A stretch of 63,859 nt of DNA, counting the filler, from Octopus bimaculoides (lineage: Eukaryota): the NCBI RefSeq assembly GCF_001194135.2. It is 10 parts of 9 records of this genome, joined end to end, with 100 filler letters (N's around TTAATTAATTAA, not from the genome) between each part and the next. Parts side by side here need not be neighbours in the genome. Positions count along the whole stretch, not along the records: positions 50,433 to 57,893 come from NC_069006.1; positions 57,994 to 61,404 come from NW_026382846.1; positions 61,505 to 62,643 come from NC_068987.1; positions 62,744 to 63,859 come from NW_026339206.1; 6 more parts are not named here. One strand, written 5' to 3'. This document shows positions 52,473-63,859 of the stretch, piece by piece. The notes under the pieces were generated by a model. That model ran no database searches. It saw only the letters and a list, made by a program, of their open reading frames with translations, and was not told the DNA's origin. The first letter of the stretch is position 1. Every line of letters starts with the position of its first letter. A program made the position numbers and the translations under genes.

Positions 52473-52515
52473 TCCAGACTGAGGAAGAGCAATGCCTCTG
52501 AAACTAGTCTCTGGA
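52473..52515 (+). ncRNA. minimal type I hammerhead ribozyme
   Basis: UCCAGA-CUGAGGA-AGAG(CAAUGC)CUCU-GAAA-CUAG-UC-UCUGGA: 6-bp stem I, intact core, 4-bp stem II, palindromic ACUAGU stem III and a GUC cleavage triplet (cut after 52509). Confidence 0.8.
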
Positions 52516-52754
52516 TGCTGGTTTTGCTGGGTGGAGGTGCTTATCTCCCCTGTTTGAAAACATAAGGACACAGTACACTTGTGTCACATAGCCAACTGGA
52601 AACAATGTTTCCTGGGGCTAAATAGCAGTAACATTCTTCCCTTTCATGGGACTGCCACATTAAGTTGGCAATAAACCATCACTTTATCGTGCTGCTACTG
52701 TATAAATCTCTCTGAGAGATTTAGAAATGTAATATTTCTAATTTTATATATATG

Positions 52755-53034
52755 GGACTGGCTCCTGTGCTGGTGGCACGTAAAAAACATCATTTTGAGC
52801 GTGGCTGTTGCCATTGCCGCCTGACTGGCCCTCATGCCTGTGGCACGTTTAAGCACCCACTACACACTCGGAGTGGTTGGCGTTAGGAAGGGCATCCAGC
52901 TGTAGAAACCCTGCCAGATCAGATTGGAGCCTTGTGCAGCCTTCTGGTTTACCAGTCTTCAGTCAAATCGTCCAACCCATGCTAGCATGGAAAGCGGACG
53001 TTAAACGATGATGATGATGATGATGATGATGATG
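52755..53034 (+). mobile_element. RTE LINE 3'UTR with (GAT)n tail
   Basis: Reverse-orientation homologue of 30672-30900. Confidence 0.85.
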
Positions 53035-53589
53035 ATATATATATATATGTATATATATATATGTACGATTGTGAGGTTGTGAGTTCGATTCCCAGACCGG
53101 GCCGAGTATCGTGACTGCATATGGGTGACTGATGGTCTTCCACAAACAAATTAGCCCAGTTTGGCTTCTTGTTTTAGGAAAATAGATAAAAGTTGGGTGT
53201 GAGTCTACAAAAAGAGCCAAACAAATAATGAACATTTATATACATATATATATATATTTTATTAAAAAATAAAACAATCTGTATAAGTTGTTGTTCTTGT
53301 TGTTGCTGTAATTGCTGCTGCAGTTGGTGCTGCTGCAGTTGGTGCTGCTGCAGTTGTTGCTTTATTCTTGTACTCAGTGTTGTTACTATTTCTGTTGTTG
53401 CTGCTGCTGCTGGTGTTGTTGTTGTTATAGTTATAGTTTTTTGCTATTGTTTGTTTGTTTGTTTGTTGATGCTTTTTTTAGCAGCTTCTGTTGTCATGGT
53501 TACATTTACATCCAATCAAGAAATTAAAACATATTTTTTTAAAATCTAAAATTTAAAATATTTATTTCACTTCTGTGACAGAAAGAGAG

Positions 53590-53845
53590 AGACGACGACG
53601 ATGATGATGATGGTGATGAGGTAGATGTCGGGGGCGGGGGATGATGATGATGATGATGATAACACTGATGAAGAAGGTAACATTGATGATGATGATGATC
53701 ATGGTGATGATGATAACGATGATGACAATGATGACAAAAATGATGATAACAATGATGATGATGATGATGACGACAACAATGACAATGATGATAATGATGG
53801 TGATGATGAAGATGCTGATGATGATGTTGGTGATGATGATGATGT
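53590..53845. repeat. (GAT)n degenerate microsatellite
   Basis: Directly visible. Confidence 0.92.
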
Positions 53846-54500
53846 TTACTGACATACTCCACAAAACCACAATAATTTCAGGAAAAAAACTCCCCCCCAA
53901 AAAACACTTCAAAAGCATGAGTAAAATATTTAAAAGTTTTTTTTTCTTTTAATATTGTAAAGAAAAAAGAATGTAAAAAGGAANNNNNNNNNNNNNNNNN
54001 NNNNNNNNNNNNNNNNNNNNNNNNNNNNNNNNNNNNNNNNNNNNNNNNNNNNNNNNNNNNNNNNNNNNNNNNNNNNNNNNNNNNNNNNNNNNNNNNNNNN
54101 NNNNNNNNNNNNNNNNNNNNNNNNNNNNNNNNNNNNNNNNNNNNNNNNNNNNNNNNNNNNNNNNNNNNNNNNNNNNNNNNNNNNNNNNNNNNNNNNNNNN
54201 NNNNNNNNNNNNNNNNNNNNNNNNNNNNNNNNNNNNNNNNNNNNNNNNNNNNNNNNNNNNNNNNNNNNNNNNNNNNNNNNNNNNNNNNNNNNNNNNNNNN
54301 NNNNNNNNNNNNNNNNNNNNNNNNNNNNNNNNNNNNNNNNNNNNNNNNNNNNNCTACGTGTGTTTGTGTTTTATGTATGTGTATAGTTATAAATATAAGT
54401 ATACACACATGCATGTATGTACATATATTCAATATATAAATATATATACATATATAAGTAGATATATATATATATATATACTTATATATATATATATATA

Positions 54501-54550
<50 letters not shown>

Positions 54551-54586
54551 TATATATATACACTTATATACATATATATATATGCG

Positions 54587-54629
<43 letters not shown>

Positions 54630-55805
54630 GTCAGGTCATTTGTGAGGTTACCCATGAGTACTACTGGTAGCATGGAGTCCAGTACAAGTTATTGCATGGT
54701 TGGGTCAGTGGAGACTAAACCAGCACCACCACAAGGCCTGCCTGGTGCGAAGGGTTGCTAAAAATATTGTCTATACATATATATATTTATATATGTCTAT
54801 ATGTACACATATTTCCCTTTTCCCCACCAAAATAGAGCATAAAAATATTAAAATATTTCAGTACACTATAATATGTTTTCTTGTATAAAAGATATATTGT
54901 GTTGCTGTTTAGAAAAGAAAAGAAACAGTCCTCATTGGGTAAATATATATTACTTTGAAGAGTTTGGTAAAAGTGAGAGGAGCGCTAGGGTGAGCTTCAG
55001 GTTTTTACGGATGAATAAGTTCATTTAACACACTCAAATGCATGCAGTTACATGTACAACTGCTACTGGTATGTTTAGAACTCCATGTAAATTATTCTTA
55101 TTTGATCTGTATAACATGAATCAATAAAGTGTACCTCTGATGATCTGTTGTGGTCTAACATCCAATTGCTCTTGGAACATGAAATACACAAGTTCCAAAC
55201 TACCACAATGTTGAAACATATGTAGGGAACATATTATATATAAACTGCATCTTGTGTTTATCATAATTTCTCCTCTATGTAACTATATACTTACACACAC
55301 ACATATATGCACACACACTCACACATACATATTACACATATATCTATGTATGTATATGTATGATTGATATTATTACTATATACTGTAGCTCAATGCAATG
55401 TAAGTCTGTATTATTATAATTCTCAGTCTGAAAAATTACTAATAGGAGATGTTTTACATGTTTTTCTGCAGGTATATCTATATAACTCCTATTAGTAACA
55501 AAACATATGTAATGCAGAATAAATAATGCCAAGAAGTTTTTGCAGTTTTCTCTTTTAACATGTAATTACTCTGCAATAATTATTTTCCCGTATTTAACAA
55601 TATAACCGCATCCTCCAGTATTTTCAACTCTCATATAAAATATAACATCTACAAATATAATTTGGAGTACTGGAATACACGGATGTACTTTATGAGGACA
55701 CAACTGGGATTATAACCCTATCTACATACTAAGTATGTTTTTTTATATATGTATGTATGTATGTGTATGTATACAGACATGAAAAGAAATACTGAGGGGT
55801 AAAAC

Positions 55806-56257
55806 TTAATCCGTTCTTTGACACATATAACAGATAATCAAAATTATGACTGTTAGTACAGCCACTGCCAGCAAGATATACACAATCATAATATGAACTA
55901 TGCAATAGATAAAGACAGATCGATTGCACCAGTCTATTGGTTTGTGGAGGCTTCCGTAGGGGTTAGGCCACCAAATTCCAAATACCCATACGTTACCTAG
56001 CACAAACCAGACAATTAGGAATAAAGTGAGGAAGTTGCTGGTGAACTTCAGCATTTTGGTTACAACAAGTGATTCGTCGTCATCATCGTCATCGTAGTCA
56101 TTGTGGTGGGTGTTGTAGCTTTCGTACTTCTGGCTACGTCGAAACGAGACTTGGCGCCAAAGGGACAGGATCATCTTCAGGGTCCCTGTACTCCCTGTCA
56201 CTAACAGATAGACAAGAATGCGGGGTTCTTTGGGACATTCCTCTTGGAAACTGGAAC
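55806..56257 (-). CDS. TMEM272: TMEM272-like transmembrane protein, terminal coding exon
   Basis: CAG acceptor at 56260-56258, phase 1. Translation G-SSFQEECPKEPRILVYLLVTGSTGTLKM...YDDDDDDE...LFLIVWFVLGNVWVFG..P...DWCNRSVFIY...CQRTD* matches the TMEM272 pattern (CP..P...YLLV.G..GTLK, acidic run, WF.LGN.WVF, C.K/R). Confidence 0.9.
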
Positions 56258-56363
56258 CTGTGGTGAGAAGGAAATATGATTTATTATTTTACAATATATG
56301 TATGTATATATATATATATATATACACATACATACTTTATTTAAAAGCAGCAGAAATATAACA

Positions 56364-56397
<34 letters not shown>

Positions 56398-57427
56398 CAA
56401 TTACATAAATGGCAAATTCTGTCTGTCTGATCTGTCTATCTGTTACCATCTTGCTGTCTGCACCAGTGAACCAACCTTGACGAAAGTTTGCGTACATGTT
56501 AAACTAACATCCAGTTGAATTATAGGCTAAGTGGATTTCATTAAAAACCTATAATGGCCCTCTAGGCGGGGTGCTGTAGTATGTTTACCAATCAATAACA
56601 CATCTACAGATATGAATTAAGTAAGGCTTTTGTAAGAGCTCAACCATGCATTCCTTCATGTAAATTTTCATGAGAGCAATTCAGCTTTCTAAAAGGAAAA
56701 CAATTCTGCATGTAGTGCCTTTACATCACGCTAAGGTCACATTAAGGACATGGTCAGCTGCAGGACTTGTGGATAGGATATGGAACAATTTAATGACCAG
56801 TGACCTGGAAGTTGGTTCACCATGAGATTAATTTGATGAGTGAAATCCAAATTACCGTAACATCTTAATTACTTTTATCATGCAACATGAGACATGACCA
56901 CACTAAGATAAGCTATGACATGTGGCAATGTCAGCTACAATACGCGGACTATTTGTCAATGTATTTGTAAATCTATCTATTTATCTAATTTATTTTATTC
57001 AGATGTATATTCGTTTGTTAAAATAATATAGGGACAGTCATTATTCATCCACTAAATGAATTAGTATTTGGTGTGTATATTCCCCACCAGGACAGGACAG
57101 GGCATTAGTTTATCACAGAATAACTTATTTTTGCCAGCTGAGTGGACTGGCGCAACATGAAATGAAGTGTTTTGCTCAAGAACACAACACATCACCCGGT
57201 CCTGGAATTGAAACCGCAATCTTACGATCACAAGTCTAACACCCTAACCACTAAGCCATGTGCCTCCACATACTCAAATATTGCAGTAGCGTATTAGAAT
57301 AAATGCTGGACTAGAATAAATTCTGGTGAGGTTGATACAATCAACTGAAATCGGTTCAATCCCAAAAATGAAACCAGTAAAGAGTAAAAGAGGAATAGAA
57401 TAGTAGAATAATGTATTTTGTACTCAC

Positions 57428-57487
57428 CGACAAATATCATAGATAAGGGTAACAGAAGGACTATGACCAATGTAACTGTGAATATAT
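57428..57487 (-). CDS. TMEM272: TMEM272-like, preceding 60-nt coding exon
   Basis: TTCCAG acceptor and G|GTGAGT donor, phase 1/1. Encodes IFTVTLVIVLLLPLSMIFV-G (cf. LALPLSMTFIG) in frame with the terminal exon. Confidence 0.88.
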
Positions 57488-58484
57488 CTGGAAGGAACAT
57501 ATAAATGAGCATGAAAATATAAAGATACACTAAGTCATGAATATCAATTGTTTTCTGTCATATCTGTGTGTGTGTGTGTGTGTGTGTGTGTATAAATATA
57601 TTGAAAAAAAGAAAAAAAATGGAACAAGAACATAACAGGTGACAGCAAAACATCTGGAAAGTATGTGCAACCGAAACCCCTAGGGGCATCCTGAAGGACG
57701 ACCCAGATAGATAGATATTATACTGTTTTTTATCTTTGTGGGTGGATACTACTACATTTTAACATGACACCCAAACAGGTTAAATCAAAAAAAAAAAAAA
57801 AACTGCTCAAGGCATGTCTATTAAAATCTTAGATTAAATATTATTTACTTAATGTATCAAATGTCATCATTCTGCTTCCAAGAAATTACTAAANNNNNNN
57901 NNNNNNNNNNNNNNNNNNNNNNNNNNNNNNNNNNNNNTTAATTAATTAANNNNNNNNNNNNNNNNNNNNNNNNNNNNNNNNNNNNNNNNNNNNTGTCAGG
58001 CTCATGAGGGTCGGTTTCCAGGTTTCAATGGCGTATATATTCCTCGCCAGGGTTACTCATTTTTGCCAGATAAGTAGATGGAAGCAACGTAATTGAAGCG
58101 TTTTGTTGAAGAATACATGTCGCCCGGTCCAGGTATCGAAATTGCAATCTTACTATGAGTCTAACGCCCTAATCACTAATGTACACTTCTATATACATAA
58201 TAGGTTGTCCATTTCTGTGATCTTCTTCCTAGAGGTAAGACAAAAATTTTCTCATGCTCTCAGCCCGAACATATCTTTTCCTCTATACATTCAGTAAAGC
58301 ATTACCTAGTGTCGAATGCTTATCGACTGCTATTTCCAGCAAAAATTGGTACCTTGTTGCGCCACTATTTTCTGATTATAATTCTACTTTTACGGTGCTT
58401 TATTTCGTTGGAAAATAACACTATTCTATGGAAAATAATTCTACTGTATTGTAATAATATTTATAACTTATATATATATTTATA

Positions 58485-58536
<52 letters not shown>

Positions 58537-59539
58537 CACGCACACACATACATATGAGTGTTTGTGTTGCGCACATGAGAGAGAGAGAGAAAATAAATTG
58601 CTACTCACAGCTCTAGGTAAGTTTTCATTGAATTTAAACGTCGAATTGAAAATCAGAAGAAATACAAAGGAACTGCTCCAGCCTATGGAAGGATATAAAA
58701 ATAGAAGAGAATCATTGCTTTCGTAGATGAGGGACATATCATAGATATCATGAAGATATAAATATAATTATTAATATAATAACAGTGAGGTGAGTTTTAT
58801 TGAGATGAGGGGAGCTGACAAGGGATTCACTTAATTTACAACTGACAAATGCATGAATTCCACATGTTTATATTTCTTTTGTTGATGACACCAGAGAGCC
58901 TATACAGCTCAAAAGAGCTTGCAAAATAAGTAAAATGTTGGCCCGTTTATATTCTGTTACTTTATCATAGTTACAGCTTTACCGCCGCTTGTAGTCAATA
59001 AGTAACTAACGGAAGAACAATCCGTTTTAATCACAAACCAAAACATTTTAACAAACCGACAGAAATTACATCAATGTAATCATACACATACATAAATATA
59101 AACTCACATTCATACAAACGCATAGATAGAGAACAGTCATATACGCGTATCTACCCACAGAATATATTACGCATAGATGCACATTCACGTAAATACATCT
59201 TCATAAACACACACACATTATTTATTGACAGGACGCAATACATGTCTTTATGTGCTACTAATAATTTCATATGTTGTGAAATATCACAAGCATATTATTC
59301 AGGTACAAGCTACATATCGTAACGAATGAATAAAATTGAATAAGAGAGAAAAAGTTCAAAACCTGAGAAGGGAACATATAGAAAACATGGAAGGTTAAGA
59401 AAACGGAAAACGAAAAATTTAAAACTAAGTGCTAAAAGTAAAAGAGAAAAAAAATTAAAAGAGTTATCCCCTTAGATCTTAAATTACAAGGATGGAAAGA
59501 TATCAACAAGGTAATCAGGGATAGGTGGAGTTTTCCAAT

Positions 59540-59880
59540 TTCAAAATATATTTATACATGTTTCCGACATAAGAATAAAGAAATGCTACTAAGTTGGCTA
59601 ACCATGTTGGAGTTTGAAAGCTAACAAAATACCACATGTGTTTAAGTGGAAAAGAAACTCAGAAATCCACACTTTATGTTACTGGGTCAAATAAATATAG
59701 GCTATGTTTAGCTGAAAAAGCTCAAATGCTTTTCAAATCTAGGATCCCTAACTTTCAACTGAAATTTAGGTCTAGAATTCTCAGCTGTTGAAAACGAATA
59801 TAAAAAAATATTTTGAAGAATTGGAAAATCCTTGTTCTGAAGAGTAACTTCGTTAGGATAATTTACTACTTCCAAGGTTC
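59540..59880 (+). mobile_element. Penelope-like GIY-YIG C-terminus followed by a decayed hammerhead
   Basis: CFRHK..NATKLANHVWSLK..KW..YVTGSNKYRLCLAEKAQM..RSRILSC across frameshifts; CTGAAGA-GTAACTTCGTTAG-GATA at 59837-59860. Confidence 0.72.
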
Positions 59881-60770
59881 TGATAGCTATGATACATATA
59901 TAACCTGGATTCTATCTACAACATTCCCTAAATTTTGGATGCTTATTCGCATATGCAACAATCACAGTTGCTAACCACGAACTAAAAAATTAACTGATTT
60001 CAGCTAACCGTACTTCGATACGAGGAAAGTTCACATACTTCTGCGCCAATAAACGACTACTTTTCTCAAAATTTATTTTTCTAATATCTTCTACGGATTG
60101 CTTGAACCTCAGTAACTTCCTACACTTTGATCCTTGGATCTCACCTTTACATATTAATTTATNNNNNNNNNNNNNNNNNNNNNNNNNNNNNNNNNNNNNN
60201 NNNNNNNNNNNNNNNNNNNNNNNNNNNNNNNNNNNNNNNNNNNNNNNNNNNNNNNNNNNNNNNNNNNNNNNNNNNNNNNNNNNNNNNNNNNNNNNNNNNN
60301 NNNNNNNNNNNNNNNNNNNNNNNNNNNNNNNNNNNNNNNNNNNNNNNNNNNNNNNNNNNNNNNNNNNNNNNNNNNNNNNNNNNNNNNNNNNNNNNNNNNN
60401 NNNNNNNNNNNNNNNNNNNNNNNNNNNNNNNNNNNNNNNNNNNNNNNNNNNNNNNNNNNNNNNNNNNNNNNNNNNNNNNNNNNNTATATATACATATACA
60501 CGTATATACATACACACAAATCCACATCCACATTATGCAAAGTAGTAGCTCCAGTTCTGTAAACATTCTGGATTTGTTATGTATATAAACAGATTGGGTG
60601 TTTGTTTCTCTGAGATTTGTCATGTAATGAAAACACCTTTCATGAGATCACAATAGATTTTAAATATCGATTAAAGAAGCTGTTCAGTAATTTTTTAACT
60701 TACAGAGAGTGATAAGAATTCGCCATATTTGTATCTCTACTACAAATGTTTAAACACACGCACACACACT

Positions 60771-60803
<33 letters not shown>

Positions 60804-61144
60804 ATATATATATGTATATATATATATAGACACAATTATAATTAAGGGCAGAGAAAAATTCTTGCCTCTTTGCTGAAAGGTACGCTAAATCTTCGAACCA
60901 CATCAAATATCATCTCTACTATTATTACACATGACACCGAGTCTGCTCTTTTGTGGGTCTATATAAGTATTTCATTTATTTCCTCTCTATTCTCTGCTGA
61001 CGGAGGAAAAACCTTTGAGTTAATCCAGAAATTGGCTGACCCAAAGATGACTCGATTTTATGAACTTTCGTTACGTTCCTCCTTGAATTTTCAACACGTG
61101 TGTAATAATAATAGTAATAATAACAATGATGCCATTTAATTTGG

Positions 61145-61168
61145 TTAGGGTTAGGGTTAGGGTTAGGG
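61145..61168 (+). repeat. interstitial (TTAGGG)4
   Basis: Four exact TTAGGG units. Confidence 0.95.
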
Positions 61169-61504
61169 CTAGACGATTTAGTGTCTGTTTTCAACATAGA
61201 GGCAAGAATATTTTTATGCCCTGAATTCTAATCGTCTTTATGATTTCACCTTAATAGGTCTAACTTTCTTATATGCTGGCCTCTCATAATTTTGTAACTA
61301 TTTTATCCTTTGTGATTATTTTGGCTTGACCATCAAGTTAAAAAAAAGAACAGTTGTAACGTTCCAACCTGCAAGTTGTGCTGTTTGCAACCCCATATAT
61401 ATATNNNNNNNNNNNNNNNNNNNNNNNNNNNNNNNNNNNNNNNNNNNNTTAATTAATTAANNNNNNNNNNNNNNNNNNNNNNNNNNNNNNNNNNNNNNNN
61501 NNNN

Positions 61505-61545
<41 letters not shown>

Positions 61546-61551
61546 TATATA

Positions 61552-61789
61552 CCAAATTTTATTTTGGTTCGCGAGAGCAACTGCCTTTCGAAGCCTCATA
61601 TTGTCGTTAAATGCTCGAAATGAGGAGTAGATAGACAGCCGACAACCGATGAACGGTCGTTCTTTATATTACTTGTTTTATTTTCCATTTGTTTCTCTCG
61701 TTGTTTGCATACCCAAGTTTGTCTTCGTACTTTATATTGTTTTCGTATTTCATGTTGTTTACGTTTTGTGACGTCCTGTACCCATATAT

Positions 61790-61837
<48 letters not shown>

Positions 61838-62634
61838 CTATATCTACATGTATATGTATGTACATATATGTATATATATATGCATATATATTTTTTTATA
61901 TTATCATATGATTGAACGCCATGCATCTATAACTAAGTTTATCTTATTAATTTTGATGCGACTCTACCCGTATTGTTAACTCTCTCTCCCCCTTTCGTTT
62001 TCTCCCTCTTCCTTTCTCTAATTCTTTTTCTCCCCTTCTTCCCCTTTCGTTTTTTTCTCTCTCATCCTTTCTCTAATTCTTTTTTCTCCCCTCCACCATT
62101 TTGTATCTCTCTCTCTCCCTCTCACTCTCTCTCCTTTACTCTCTCTCTCGTTTCTCACACGTAACCATCGTCCATCTTTCTTTTCCTCCTATGACCATCT
62201 TTCTCTTCCTTCAGTCTGTCGTACAGACCAGACACATGCTTATCTGTCACCTCTTCTATCGTTTCTCTTGTCAAAGACAATATTCCTCGAGCGTTCGCTA
62301 CCTTAGCTCGTCTGGCCTGATGGCCCTCCATGTTTGTTTTCACTTGCTTTCTTGTATGTCTCCACTGTCTTGCTTTTGTTACCATCTTTAACCCCCCGCA
62401 AATTCCAAATTTTATTTTGGTTCGCGGGAGCAACTGCCTTTCGAAGCTTCATATTGTCATTAAATACTCGAAATGAGGAGTAGATGGACAGCCGACAACT
62501 GATGAAGGGTCGTCCTTTATGTTATTTGTCTTGTTTTCAATTTGTTTCTCACGTTGTTTGAATACCCAAGTTTGTTTTCGTATTTCGTATGTCATGTCAT
62601 GTGTATGTTTTGTGACTCCTGTACCCATATATGC
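61552..62634. repeat. pair of ~235-bp diverged direct repeats
   Basis: 61552-61792 and 62405-62634, each ending gtacccatatatgca plus a microsatellite. Confidence 0.85.
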
Positions 62635-63539
62635 ATATATATANNNNNNNNNNNNNNNNNNNNNNNNNNNNNNNNNNNNNNNNNNNNTTAATTAATTAAN
62701 NNNNNNNNNNNNNNNNNNNNNNNNNNNNNNNNNNNNNNNNNNNATATGCACATATCTATACTTGTATGTGTGTTCCATGTGTATATTTCTGTAAAGTCAT
62801 GTAAATGTGTGCTTATCACAACTACTGTTTTTTGTGAGTATCTACACACATAATATATATTTATATTGGGTGGTATAAGTATTTCAAAATATATAGATTC
62901 ACACACGCTGAGACATACACATAGACAGACAAACACACATACACACCCTCACACAACTTGATAGATATTATGCATACATCCTTCACGAAAAAGAAAAAGA
63001 AAAGTAATCAAATAGAAGTCTCTGGAACAATCACATACAGATATACATAATCATAAACAACTTAAATTCTCACGCATGTTGAAAACTTTAGCACATATAC
63101 ACACATGTGTATACAAACCACAAAATCGTGTGTGTGTAAAAAGTACTCCTAGGAATTGCAAACTGACATTTTAGCAACCAACTCTGTTTTCACTTTCACA
63201 ATAAACTGTCAAATATGACAGAATTTACTTTACTTTTTTTAAGTATACTAACATACACGCACATATACTTATGTATATACATGTATGTGTTTGTGTGTGT
63301 GTTTTTGAGGACGCATACATACACACAAACATAGATACATACATATATACTTGTATAGGTGTATATATGTATGCATAGTTATATAAAATTTGGAATTAAT
63401 GTAAGGTAGAAATTATAGACAAACAAAAACCAAGTTCATTTGTGTATACATACATATATTTGTGTGCACGTATATTTATATGTATGCGTATGTATTTATA
63501 TGTATGTATGCGTATGTATTTATGCGTATGTATATATAT

Positions 63540-63543
63540 ATAT

Positions 63544-63598
<55 letters not shown>

Positions 63599-63700
63599 CA
63601 TACATACATACATACATACATACATACATACATACATGCATGCATACATACATATATACATACATACATACATACATATATACATATATGGAAAGATATA
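63540..63700. repeat. (ATAG)n/(ATAC)n tetranucleotide microsatellite
   Basis: Directly visible. Confidence 0.95.
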
Positions 63701-63859
63701 TATGCCTATATATACCTAAATCATTTTCTCCCTCTCTCCCTTTCTCTCCTTCTCTTTATCTCTTTCTCTCTCTCTCTCCATAGCAGGCACATATCATTTG
63801 CCTATATAGGTACATACATACACACATACATACATACATACATACATACATACATGCAT

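Noticed and set aside
53539-53952. Poly-Asp/His/Met ORFs
   Set aside because: (GAT)n microsatellite.

Overview
AT-rich, gap-riddled eukaryotic genomic DNA, inferred to be cephalopod (Octopus-like) from its SINE/LINE families, microsatellite load and C2H2 array. About a fifth is N, and nine 100-nt scaffolding spacers (44N-TTAATTAATTAA-44N) are present. One protein-coding gene is well supported: a TMEM272-like membrane protein on the minus strand (exons 57487-57428 and 56257-55806). A decayed C2H2 zinc-finger array lies at ~44.4-45.9 kb (minus). The rest is mostly transposon debris: many R4/Dong-type RLE LINE fragments, RTE LINE 3' ends, Tx1/L1-like pieces, three tRNA-type SINE families, a mariner, a DD34E Tc1 with a nested hAT MITE (8-bp TSD) and a Chapaev3-like transposon. 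The most notable signal is absent from the ORF track. It is a Penelope-like element (PLE) signature: RT and GIY-YIG remnants, several long fold-back palindromes, truncated or decayed hammerhead cores, and one structurally intact minimal type I hammerhead ribozyme at 52473-52515. Most long ORFs in the supplied track are artefacts of N runs or simple repeats. Family assignments come from motif recognition, not database searches.
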